32,000 nt of DNA from Cereibacter sphaeroides 2.4.1. Its GTDB lineage: Bacteria > Pseudomonadota > Alphaproteobacteria > Rhodobacterales > Rhodobacteraceae. The notes beneath the pieces are model-generated. The model made no database searches. It had not been told where the DNA came from and saw only the letters and a list, made by a program, of their open reading frames with translations. The stretch covers positions 750,001-782,000 of the forward strand of contig NC_007493.2 in NCBI RefSeq assembly GCF_000012905.2, read 5' to 3'. Every line of letters starts with the position of its first letter. Position 1 is the first letter of the stretch. The position numbers and the translations under genes are program-made. Shown here piece by piece: positions 1 through 8,073 of the stretch.

Positions 1-93
1 AATCCGCAGTTCCTGCGCGACAAGGGGCTGCCCGTGCCGCAATGGCTCGACGAGGCGCCCCCGGCGATCCCTGCGGTGTTCGAGGATCTCTGA
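1..93 (+). CDS. 3' end of an unidentified CDS entering from the left edge (..NPQFLRDKGLPVPQWLDEAPPAIPAVFEDL*)
   Basis: Frame 1 is open from base 1 to TGA at 91-93. Thirty residues are too few to assign a family. Confidence 0.3.
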   Translation, partial: NPQFLRDKGLPVPQWLDEAPPAIPAVFEDL

Positions 94-96
94 CCC

Positions 97-2640
97 ATGA
101 AGGCCCTGCGTTCGATGCGGCTCTGGTTGGTCTGGGCCTGTCTGGCCTGCGCGGCGCTGCACGCCTTCGCCCCCGCTCCGACGCTGGCGCAGGGCATCCT
201 CGGGCCCGCGACCTCGGCCGACGAGCTCGCCCCGCCCGACTACAAGCAGTGGGAGAAGACGGCGACCCGCGCCGAACGCGAGATCGCCGACCGCGAGACC
301 GACAGCGTCGCCTACGAGGCGATGCGCGGCTATCTGGTCGAATGGCGCGACACCTTCCTGCGCGCGCAGGGCATCAACGCCAGCCGCATCGCCTCGGTGC
401 GGGGTCAGGTCGACGCGCTGGGGCCCGCGCCCGCCGAGGGCGCGACCGAGCCCGACGACATCGCCCAGCGGCGCAAGGAACTGACCGAGCAGCTGGCCGA
501 GCTGCGCGCCCCGGTCGTGTCGGCCGAGGAGGCCTATCAGCGCGCCGACGGGCTGATCCGCGAGATCGACCGCGTGGTGCGCGAGCGCCAGACGCAGGAA
601 CTGCTGCGCCTCTGGCCCATGCCGCTCAATCCGGCCAACTGGCCGGCGGCGGCCAGCGAGACGAGCACCCTCGCCGTCGATCTGTGGAACGAGGGGGCCA
701 CCCGGTTCGGGTCGGAGCGGGCTCGCGCCACCGCGCGCGACAACCTTCCCGCGATCCTCGGGCTTCTGGTGGTGGGCCTGCTGCTGATCGCCCGGGGCCG
801 GGCGCTGATGGAGCGCCTGACCCAGACGCTTCAGGATCAGGCATCCGCGCGCGGCCGCAAGGTGGGCTCGCTGCTCGTCTCGCTGGGCCAGATCGTGGCG
901 CCGGTCGCGGGCGTGGTGGCCGTGAGCCACGCGATCACGCTCTCGGCGATGGCCGGGCCGCGCACGACGCTGGTCGTCGAGGTGCTGCCCGCGATCAGCT
1001 TCATCCTCTATGCGGCTGGCTGGCTGGCAGGCCGGGTCTTCCCCAAGAACGGCCTGCAGACCTCGCCGCTGAACCTCTCCGAGGACCGTCGGCGCGAAGG
1101 CCGGTTCCACACCGCGATGTTCGGCGTCGTGATGGCGCTCGACGCGCTGCGCACCGTGGCGCTGCCGCCCGCGCGGGTGGGCGAGGCCGCAACCTCGGTC
1201 ATGGCCTTCCCGTTCATCGTGGTGGCGGGGCTCCTGCTGTTCCGCATCGGTCAGCTGATGCTCGCCAGCGTGCGCAACGATCTGGGCGACGACGAACCTT
1301 CGAGCTTCCGCAACAGCGTGATCGACCTTCTGGGCCGCGGCGCCATCGCGATCGGCGTGATCGCGCCGCTGCTGGCGCTGCCGGGCTACATCGCCGCGGC
1401 GACGGCGCTGGTCTATCCGGCGGGCCTGACCCTCGGGCTGATCGGCGTGCTCTTCGTCTTGCAGACGCTGGTGGTCGATCTCTACGGCCTCGCCACGCGG
1501 AACGAGGACGGCGGGCGCGACGCGCTTCTGCCGGTGCTGATCGGCTTCCTGCTCGCGCTCGCTCTGGTGCCGCTGCTGGCGCTCGTCTGGGGCGCGCGGG
1601 TGGCGGACCTCACCGAGATCTGGGCCCGCTTCCGCGAGGGCTATCAGGTGGGCTCCACCCGGATCTCGCCCACGAGCTTCCTTCTGCTCGCCATCGTCTT
1701 CTCGATCGGCTACGGCATCACGCGCCTGCTGCAAGGCGCGCTGAAAAGCCAGATCCTGCCCAAGACCCGGCTCGATCAGGGCGGGCGCAATGCCGTCGTG
1801 TCGGGCGTGGGCTATCTCGGGATCATCCTCGCGGCCCTCGTCGCGGTCAATTCGGCGGGCCTCGACCTGTCGAACCTCGCCATCGTCGCCGGGGCCCTCT
1901 CGGTCGGCATCGGTTTCGGCCTGCAGAACATCGTCGGCAACTTCGTCTCGGGCATCATCCTGCTGATCGAGCGCCCGGTCTCCGAGGGCGACTGGATCGA
2001 GGTGGGCGGCGTGCAGGGCACGGTGAAGTCGATCTCGGTCCGCTCGACCCGGATCCAGACCTTCGACCGCACCGACGTGATCGTGCCGAACCAGGATCTG
2101 GTCGCGGGGCAGGTGACGAACTGGACGCGCTACAACATGACCGGCCGGCTGATCGTGCCGGTGGGCGTGGCCTACGGCAGCGACACCCGCCATGTCGAGC
2201 GCGTGCTGCGCGAGATCGCCGAGGCGCAGCCGCTGGCGATCCTCAACCCGCCGCCCTCCATCGTCTTCATGGGCTTCACGCAGGAATTCCTGAGCTTCGA
2301 GATCCGGGTGATCCTGCGCGACGTGAACTTCTCGCTGTCGGTGCGCTCGGACATCAACCACATGATCGCGAAGCGTTTCGCCGAGGAAGGCATCGGCCTC
2401 ACCCACATCCCGCGCGAGATCTGGCCCGCGTCGGAGCCGGAGGTGGAGAACGGCCTGACCGAGGCGGAGATCGCGGCGCTCCTCGTGGTGGAGCCGCCGC
2501 ACAGGCCGCAGAAGGACAATGTGCCGAAGGGCACGCATGTGGTGGACCTGCACCGCCAGACCGAGGAAGAGGAGGACGCGGACGGCGACGGAGAGGCCGA
2601 CGCCGAAGGAGCCTCCGAAGGAACCGGGAGCACGCGCTGA
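97..2640 (+). CDS. Large mechanosensitive ion channel, MscS family (MscK-like architecture: signal peptide, long periplasmic/coiled N-domain, multi-TM region, MscS core)
   Basis: 847-aa ORF from ATG 97. It has a hydrophobic N-terminal signal-like segment and about 10 hydrophobic helices. The MscS pore/beta-domain signature is present (GALSVGIGFGLQNIVGNFVSGIILLIERPVSEGDWIEV..GTVKSISVRSTRIQTFDRTDVIVPN). The C-terminal tail is acidic (EEEEDADGDGEADAEG). Confidence 0.9.
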   Translation: MKALRSMRLWLVWACLACAALHAFAPAPTLAQGILGPATSADELAPPDYKQWEKTATRAEREIADRETDSVAYEAMRGYLVEWRDTFLRAQGINASRIASVRGQVDALGPAPAEGATEPDDIAQRRKELTEQLAELRAPVVSAEEAYQRADGLIREIDRVVRERQTQELLRLWPMPLNPANWPAAASETSTLAVDLWNEGATRFGSERARATARDNLPAILGLLVVGLLLIARGRALMERLTQTLQDQASARGRKVGSLLVSLGQIVAPVAGVVAVSHAITLSAMAGPRTTLVVEVLPAISFILYAAGWLAGRVFPKNGLQTSPLNLSEDRRREGRFHTAMFGVVMALDALRTVALPPARVGEAATSVMAFPFIVVAGLLLFRIGQLMLASVRNDLGDDEPSSFRNSVIDLLGRGAIAIGVIAPLLALPGYIAAATALVYPAGLTLGLIGVLFVLQTLVVDLYGLATRNEDGGRDALLPVLIGFLLALALVPLLALVWGARVADLTEIWARFREGYQVGSTRISPTSFLLLAIVFSIGYGITRLLQGALKSQILPKTRLDQGGRNAVVSGVGYLGIILAALVAVNSAGLDLSNLAIVAGALSVGIGFGLQNIVGNFVSGIILLIERPVSEGDWIEVGGVQGTVKSISVRSTRIQTFDRTDVIVPNQDLVAGQVTNWTRYNMTGRLIVPVGVAYGSDTRHVERVLREIAEAQPLAILNPPPSIVFMGFTQEFLSFEIRVILRDVNFSLSVRSDINHMIAKRFAEEGIGLTHIPREIWPASEPEVENGLTEAEIAALLVVEPPHRPQKDNVPKGTHVVDLHRQTEEEEDADGDGEADAEGASEGTGSTR

Positions 2641-3359
2641 TGACCGAACCGCTTTTCCGCACCGACCCCTACCTGCGCGAGGCCGAGGCCCGCGTTCTGG
2701 GCCTCACGCCCGAGGGCGGCATTCTCGTCGACCGCTCGATCTTCTATGCCACGGGCGGCGGCCAGCCCGGCGACAGCGGCTTTCTCGACTGGGACGGCGG
2801 GCGGATCGACGTGGCCACCGCGGTCAAGGCAGACGGCGGGCGGATCGCCCTCGTGCCGGCCGAGGCCGGTCCGCTGCCGCCCGAAGGCGCCTCGGTGCGC
2901 CAGACCCTCGACTGGGAGCGGCGGCACCGGCACATGCGGGTGCATACGGCGCTGCATCTTCTGTCGGTCGTGATCCCGCTGCCCGTCACCGGCGGCCAGA
3001 TCGGCGCCGAGCGCGGGCGGCTCGATTTCGACATGCCCGAACCCCCGGCCGATCCCGCGGCGCTCGAGGCGGAGCTGAACGCCCTGATCGCCCGCGATCT
3101 GGCTGTGACCGAGGACTGGATCACCGACGAGGAGCTTCTGGCCGATCCCTCCATCGTCAAGACCATGTCGGTGATGCCGCCGACCGGACAGGGGCGGGTG
3201 CGGCTCGTGCGGATCGGGCAGGGGGCGGAGCAGGTGGATCTCCAGCCCTGCGGCGGGACCCATGTGGCGCGCACCGGCGAGATCGGCCGCGTCCTTCTCG
3301 TCAAGATCGAGAAGAAGGGCCGCCAGAACCGCCGCGTGTCCATCGCGCTGGCCGACTGA
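2640..3359 (+). CDS. Alanyl-tRNA editing protein, AlaX-like (Ala/Thr-tRNA synthetase second additional domain)
   Basis: Only the C-terminal 239 aa of track ORF 42..3359 look real. ATG 2640 overlaps the channel stop (TGATG). Zinc and editing motifs HTALHLL (HxxxH) and QPCGGTHV (CxxxH) are present. Confidence 0.85.
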   Translation: MTEPLFRTDPYLREAEARVLGLTPEGGILVDRSIFYATGGGQPGDSGFLDWDGGRIDVATAVKADGGRIALVPAEAGPLPPEGASVRQTLDWERRHRHMRVHTALHLLSVVIPLPVTGGQIGAERGRLDFDMPEPPADPAALEAELNALIARDLAVTEDWITDEELLADPSIVKTMSVMPPTGQGRVRLVRIGQGAEQVDLQPCGGTHVARTGEIGRVLLVKIEKKGRQNRRVSIALAD

Positions 3360-3385
3360 GGCGCGCGCCGGCCTGCGCGCGCGCC
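3360..3385 (+). terminator. GC hairpin directly after the alaX-like stop
   Basis: GGCGCGCGC (3360-3368) pairs with GCGCGCGCC (3377-3385). There is no clear U-tract. It lies in a convergent intergenic region. Confidence 0.4.
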
Positions 3386-3484
3386 CCGGATCCCGTCCGA
3401 GCCGGTCCCGCACGCGGTGACGGGTGCTCTCCCTCGTCCCCGGCACCGGGGCAAACGCCGATCGACCGGGAGCGGCGCGCGCCC

Positions 3485-4198
3485 TCAGCCCGGCTGGTGG
3501 CGGGGTTCTGGGAGGGGGCCGCGGGACAGGCGGCGGAGCGCCCGGATCTGGTGCAGCGCCTCGGGCGCGGGAATGGTGCGGAAGATGTCGGCCAGCATGG
3601 CGAGATCGGCCCGGATCCCGCGCCAGAGGCCGCGCTTGCGGGCCTTGGGCGGGCTCGCCACGCCGGGCCAGCGCACCACGGCCACGCGGCAGCCTTCGGC
3701 GATCCAGAGACGGTTGAGGAAGACCTCGAGCCCGAAGCGGGGGAGGGCCGCCAGTGCCGGCCCCTGCCGGGCGATCTGTGCCCGCGGCAGCACCCGCTCG
3801 CCCGAGATATAGTCGAGCCCGATCAGCCGCCAGAGGAGGGGCGCATTGCTCCGCAGGCTGATCGCCACCTCGGCCTCGCCGCGCAGAACCGGCGCCAGCA
3901 GCGCGCTCACCGCCGCACGGTCGAGGCCCTGAAGGTCGCTGTCGAGCATCAGGATCCAGCGCGCCTCGAGCGCCGCGATCCCGGCCGCGACGGCGGCGGT
4001 CTTGCCTCCGTTCCGCGGCAGCGCCAGCACCTCGGCCCCCGCCGCTTGTGCCACGGCAGCCGTGCCGTCGGTCGAGCCGTCGTCCACCACCAGCACCCGG
4101 TCGATGGCGGGATGATCGAGCACGACCGAGAGCACCCCCTCTATGCGCGCGGCCTCGTTGTAGGCGGGGATCAGGCAGGCCACGCGGGGAGGGCTCAC
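3485..4198 (-). CDS. Small family-2 glycosyltransferase (about 237 aa, DPM1/GtrB-like catalytic domain without C-terminal TM helices)
   Basis: GTG start at 4198 (VSPPRVACLIPAYNE..) overlaps the DedA stop as GTGA. GT-A motifs are IPAYNE, VVDDGSTDGT and MLDSDL. The 385-aa track ORF is a 5' over-extension. Confidence 0.8.
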   Translation of the reverse strand: MSPPRVACLIPAYNEAARIEGVLSVVLDHPAIDRVLVVDDGSTDGTAAVAQAAGAEVLALPRNGGKTAAVAAGIAALEARWILMLDSDLQGLDRAAVSALLAPVLRGEAEVAISLRSNAPLLWRLIGLDYISGERVLPRAQIARQGPALAALPRFGLEVFLNRLWIAEGCRVAVVRWPGVASPPKARKRGLWRGIRADLAMLADIFRTIPAPEALHQIRALRRLSRGPLPEPRHQPG

Positions 4199-4746
4199 GG
4201 GCAGCGCCTCCGGGCGAGGAGCAGGGCCGTCCCCGCCGTCAGGATCAGCGCGATCGAGACCGGCAGGATCCAGGCGCCGATCCGGTCGTAGCTCTCGCCC
4301 GCCCACCAGCCGAGCGCCACGAAGGCGAGGCTCTTCGGCAACGTGGCAGCCGTATTGCAGAGCATGAACCAGCCGAAGGGCACCCGCGCCGCGCCGGCCG
4401 CGAACAGCACCGCCGCCCCCGCGGCATGGGTGAGCTTCGCCCCGATCAGAAGCCGCCCCGCATTCTGCCGCAGACGCAGCGCCAGCGCCTCGACCCGCGC
4501 GGGGCGGAGGCGCAGGAGCCGCGCCACCCGGTCGCCGCCCGTGCGGCCCGCGGCATAGACGAGCGCATCCCCCACCAGATCGGCCAGCACCACGACGGCC
4601 ACCACCGCCCGGAGGTCCAGAAGGTCGCGCTGCGCGAGCCATGCCGCGATGATGGTGACAATGGGCCCCTCCACCAGCGCCAGCGGAGCCACCAGCGCGA
4701 TCCCGTGCGCCGCGATGAGCGAGAGCGCCGTGCCGGGCTCGATCAT
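4195..4746 (-). CDS. DedA/VTT-domain family inner-membrane protein
   Basis: 183 aa from ATG 4746 (MIEPGTALSLIAAHG..). It has 4-5 hydrophobic helices and a DedA-like core (PIVTIIAAWLA.., LIGAKLTHAAG..). The start overlaps the GT21 stop as ATGA. Confidence 0.8.
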   Translation of the reverse strand: MIEPGTALSLIAAHGIALVAPLALVEGPIVTIIAAWLAQRDLLDLRAVVAVVVLADLVGDALVYAAGRTGGDRVARLLRLRPARVEALALRLRQNAGRLLIGAKLTHAAGAAVLFAAGAARVPFGWFMLCNTAATLPKSLAFVALGWWAGESYDRIGAWILPVSIALILTAGTALLLARRRCP

Positions 4747-5834
4747 GCCGCGGGCCGGTCCGGTGCGGGCGCCATGGCGGTGCCGCGCCACTCGAAGCCC
4801 TGCCGCGCGAAGGTCGCGGCCCAGAGCACCGGCAGCATCAGATCGCGCAGCACCCAGGCCGCGAGGTCGCGCCGCCCCGCGGGCCAGCCCATCGCGCGGC
4901 AGAGAAGCGCCTCGCCGCCATACCAGAGCGCGAGGAAGAGCGGGATCATGAGCGGCGCCGTAGCGGAGAGCATGAGAACCGGCAGCACCGGCGAGAGCAG
5001 GGGCTCGAGCGCGAAGAGGGCGGCGAAGCCCTGCCGCCGGATGCGCGACCAGCGCAGCTGCCGCGCCCAGACGTCGCGCAGCCGCCGCCGCCCGATGGGC
5101 TGGGTGAAGGGCCGCGGCACGAGCCGCACCGTCCCCCCCGCCGCCCGGACGAGCCGGGTCGCCGCCACATCCTCGGCCAGTTCGCCCCCGAGCGCCGCAA
5201 GCCCGCCCTGACGGTCGAGAAGCGCCCGGTCGAGATACATGGTCTTGCCCTGCGCGAAGCCGAGACCGAGCCGCGCCGCCGCAAGCTGCCAGCGGCCCTG
5301 CAGCCCGTTCAGGAAGCCCGCCTCGAGCGCGCCCCAGAGCCCCTCGGCGCGCCCGCCCGCGGGCGGCGAGGAGACAAGCGCCACCCCCGGCCGCCATTCG
5401 GCGGCGAGCTGCTCCAGATAGTCGCGCGGCAGCAGCAGGTTGGCATCCGCGATGGCGATCATCCGCGCGGGCGAGGCGGCCCAGCCCTTCGCCAGATTGT
5501 TGAGCTTCGGATTGGCCGTGATCCGCTCTTCGCCGATCAGGAGCCGCGCCCGCGCGCCGGGATGGAGCCGGATCAGCTCGCGCACCAGCGGCACGGCGGC
5601 ATCCTCCTCGCGCGCGGCACAGAAGACGATCTCGTAGTCCGGCCAGTCGAGGCCGAAGCTCGAGGCCAGCGTCTCGCGGTCGAACCGGTCCTGCCCGCAG
5701 ACCGGGCGCAGGAGGCAGACGAAGGGGCGCGCGGAGGGCGGAGCGGGGCGGCGGCGGCCCTGCGCCGCGGCGAGGCCCGCGGCCGCTAGATGGAGGGCAA
5801 GAAGCGAGAAGGCTGCGGCGGAAAGGGACATCAT
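4743..5834 (-). CDS. Family-21 glycosyltransferase (ceramide glucosyltransferase / processive lipid glycosyltransferase Pgt-like)
   Basis: 363 aa from ATG 5834 (MMSLSAAAF..). There is an N-terminal TM helix. Motifs are NPKLNNL, IADANL, GKTMY and the (Q/R)xxRW motif ARQLRWSRIRR, followed by C-terminal TM helices. The start overlaps the plcP-like stop as ATGA. Confidence 0.8.
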   Translation of the reverse strand: MMSLSAAAFSLLALHLAAAGLAAAQGRRRPAPPSARPFVCLLRPVCGQDRFDRETLASSFGLDWPDYEIVFCAAREEDAAVPLVRELIRLHPGARARLLIGEERITANPKLNNLAKGWAASPARMIAIADANLLLPRDYLEQLAAEWRPGVALVSSPPAGGRAEGLWGALEAGFLNGLQGRWQLAAARLGLGFAQGKTMYLDRALLDRQGGLAALGGELAEDVAATRLVRAAGGTVRLVPRPFTQPIGRRRLRDVWARQLRWSRIRRQGFAALFALEPLLSPVLPVLMLSATAPLMIPLFLALWYGGEALLCRAMGWPAGRRDLAAWVLRDLMLPVLWAATFARQGFEWRGTAMAPAPDRPAA

Positions 5835-6637
5835 GCCTCGGCAGGAAGGGGGAAGGCGGAGGCGAAGCCGGAGGCGGGCTCGGGCGCAGGGCTGCCTTGC
5901 AGGAGCGTGAGGTGGCCCGCCGCGTCCTCGGCCAGCGCGGTGAAACTGTCGACCCAGTCGCCGCAGTTGGCATAGACGAGCCCGTGGGCCTCGTGCAGCG
6001 CGGGCTTGTGGAAATGGCCGCAGATCACCCCGTCGCAGCCGGCGCGCCGGGCGCGCGCCACGAGGCGTTCCTCGTAGGCGGTGCCGAAGGCCAGCGCCGC
6101 ATCGACGCCCTTCAGCAGCGCCTCGATCAGGCTGCGCCGCTCGGGGTCGGCGGTGCGGCGCATCCGCTTCAGCCGCCCGTCGAGGTTGCGCAGCATCCAG
6201 TCGAGCCGGCTGCCGATCCGCGTCATGACATGGAAGCGCAGGATGCGCGGGTCGCAGGCATCCCCATGGGTGACGAGATAGCGCCGCCCGTCGGCCGCCG
6301 CATGGACCGTCTCCTCGGCCAAGGTGATGCGCTGGAAATGCTCGCCGAGATAGACCCGCATGGCCGCATCGTGGTTGCCGGTCAGATAGTGGATCCGCGT
6401 GCCCTGCTGCACCCGGCCCAGCAGCAGCGCGAGGATCGCGTCGTGGCTCGGCGTCCAGTGCGGGAAGGGCGGGTGCCAGAGGTCGAGGATATCGCCCACA
6501 AGGTAGATGTCGGGGGCGGTATGGTCGCGCAGGAAGGCGAGGATCCGGTCGGCGCGGCAGCCGCGCGAGCCGAGGTGGAGGTCGGACAGAAACAGGCTGC
6601 GGTGACGGCGCGGCGGCGGCAGGAGGGTCATGTCCAT
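5831..6637 (-). CDS. plcP: LpxH-family calcineurin-like metallophosphoesterase, likely PlcP-type phospholipase C
   Basis: 268 aa. Metallophosphoesterase motifs are LSDLHLG, VGDILDLW, TGNHD, THGD and CGHFH. An RBS (GAAGGA) lies 7 nt upstream of ATG 6637. The PlcP assignment is inferred from family and gene context. Confidence 0.8.
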   Translation of the reverse strand: MDMTLLPPPRRHRSLFLSDLHLGSRGCRADRILAFLRDHTAPDIYLVGDILDLWHPPFPHWTPSHDAILALLLGRVQQGTRIHYLTGNHDAAMRVYLGEHFQRITLAEETVHAAADGRRYLVTHGDACDPRILRFHVMTRIGSRLDWMLRNLDGRLKRMRRTADPERRSLIEALLKGVDAALAFGTAYEERLVARARRAGCDGVICGHFHKPALHEAHGLVYANCGDWVDSFTALAEDAAGHLTLLQGSPAPEPASGFASAFPLPAEA

Positions 6638-6698
6638 GGGCGCGTCCTTCGACTGATGGCACGGGCGGCAGCCGGCACCGGGACCGGCTGACCGCCCT

Positions 6699-6716
6699 AT
6701 GACATGGCGAGGACAC
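6699..6716 (-). promoter_or_regulatory. Candidate Pho box (PhoB site) upstream of the plcP-like gene
   Basis: The minus strand reads GTGTCCT-CGCC-ATGTCAT. That is two 7-mers on an 11-bp register matching CTGTCAT at 5/7 and 6/7. They point in the direction of transcription and end 61 nt before the ATG. Confidence 0.4.
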
Positions 6717-6770
6717 GGTTTTGTGACCGCCGCCTCTCAGTTCTGCGACGCAGCGTCCGGGCCCCTCCGC

Positions 6771-8072
6771 TCAACCCTGCACCGGAAGGCCCCTCGGGCG
6801 GACCGCGTCGAAGAAGCGCACCAGCCGATCCTCGCCCGCGACGGGCCGCGCGCCCGCGCGGACGGCCGCCATCAGCCCCAGCGCCGAGGAGGCGGGCGTG
6901 TGCGGCCCGGCGCCCGGCCCCGCGCGCAGGCTCATGACCAGCGTCGGGCAGAGGAAGAGCGCGAGCCGCACCACCTCTTCCCAGTCGGGCGGCAGCAGGC
7001 CCTTCGCCGCCAGATGGGCGAGCCACGGGCGCCAGAACCGCCGGGCCTTCACCGCGAGAAGCCCCTCGCGCAGCGCGCCGGGCTGCCAGTCGCTGTCCAG
7101 ATGCAGCGCGCCCTCCTGAAGCCGCGCCGTGACCTGCCAGCGCGGCGCCACCTCCTCGGGATCGTAGAGCCAGAGCGGATGGGCGAGGATATTGTGGAAG
7201 GTGGATTTCACCTCGGCCAGCAAGGAGGGCACATGGCTGCCCGCGAAGGCCGGATCGAAGAAGACGAGGCGGTCCGCCTCGGCCCCGCGCTCATACCAGA
7301 CATTGGCGTTGTGCGCGTCGCCATGGGCGGTGATCCCGCCCGCATCCGCCAGCCGCTCGGGCGCAAGCCGCGCATGGGCCTCATCGAAGAGCTGGGCCAG
7401 CGTGCGGTCGTAGGCCATTCCGTCGATCACGAGGGGCGCGTGCGCCAGCACCTCCCACGGCAGCGTCAGGCCCGGCAGCTCGAAGTCCTTGCCCACATAG
7501 AAGCCCGAAAGCCGGCCGCCCGGATAGGCCCGGCTGCCGGGCTCGACCAGCCGCTCGTGAAATAGCCGGTGGATGGGCTCGGCCTGCGACTGGGTGGGCG
7601 TGATCGGATGCAGGCTCTCCTGCGCCACGGCGAGCAGCCGGTCGTTCAGCACCCCCTCCGCCTCCAGCGCCCGCGCCATGGCCGCGGCGTCGGGCGCCAG
7701 ATCGAGCCCGCGCAGCAGGTCCGAGAAGCGCGGATCCGACCGGCGGCGATAGATCAGGATCTGCTCGCCCGGCAGCGACGAGACCCGGATCGGCCGGTCC
7801 ACCGGCAGGCCCGCCTCGGCCAGCAGATCCGCGCGGTAATATTCGCCGCGCATCGCCTCCTCGCCCTCCTCCTGATGGAACTTGAAGAAGCAGGGCCCCT
7901 CGTCGCTCTCGAAGAAGCCGTTGAGCGAATTCAGCGAATAGCGGTCGAGGTTGATCGCGAGGTCGCGCACCGCGATCCCGAAGAGGTCGTGGATCAGCCG
8001 GGCGAGCATGTCCTCGGCCGCCCGCCGGTCGCTGCGGGCGGTGGCGCGGATCTGGGCGGTGCGCGAGGTCAT
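6771..8072 (-). CDS. Kinase-like protein (aminoglycoside/choline-kinase phosphotransferase fold), substrate unknown
   Basis: 433 aa. It has a catalytic-loop-like HGDAHNANV and a downstream FFDPAF (DFG-equivalent). It starts 1 nt after the HisD-like stop. Confidence 0.65.
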   Translation of the reverse strand: MTSRTAQIRATARSDRRAAEDMLARLIHDLFGIAVRDLAINLDRYSLNSLNGFFESDEGPCFFKFHQEEGEEAMRGEYYRADLLAEAGLPVDRPIRVSSLPGEQILIYRRRSDPRFSDLLRGLDLAPDAAAMARALEAEGVLNDRLLAVAQESLHPITPTQSQAEPIHRLFHERLVEPGSRAYPGGRLSGFYVGKDFELPGLTLPWEVLAHAPLVIDGMAYDRTLAQLFDEAHARLAPERLADAGGITAHGDAHNANVWYERGAEADRLVFFDPAFAGSHVPSLLAEVKSTFHNILAHPLWLYDPEEVAPRWQVTARLQEGALHLDSDWQPGALREGLLAVKARRFWRPWLAHLAAKGLLPPDWEEVVRLALFLCPTLVMSLRAGPGAGPHTPASSALGLMAAVRAGARPVAGEDRLVRFFDAVRPRGLPVQG

Positions 8073-8073
8073 C

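Noticed and set aside
42-2639. N-terminal 866 aa of track ORF 42..3359
   Set aside because: It is out of frame over the well-supported MscS-family gene and Arg-rich. Only the last 239 codons (from ATG 2640) carry AlaX motifs.
4195-6716. Long track ORFs 4195..5973 (592 aa) and 4743..6716 (657 aa), considered as fused multi-domain proteins
   Set aside because: Their N-terminal parts are Arg/Pro/Ala-rich read-through across neighbouring real genes in other frames. Internal ATGs at 4746 and 5834 give proteins of family-typical length and overlap the upstream stops as ATGA.
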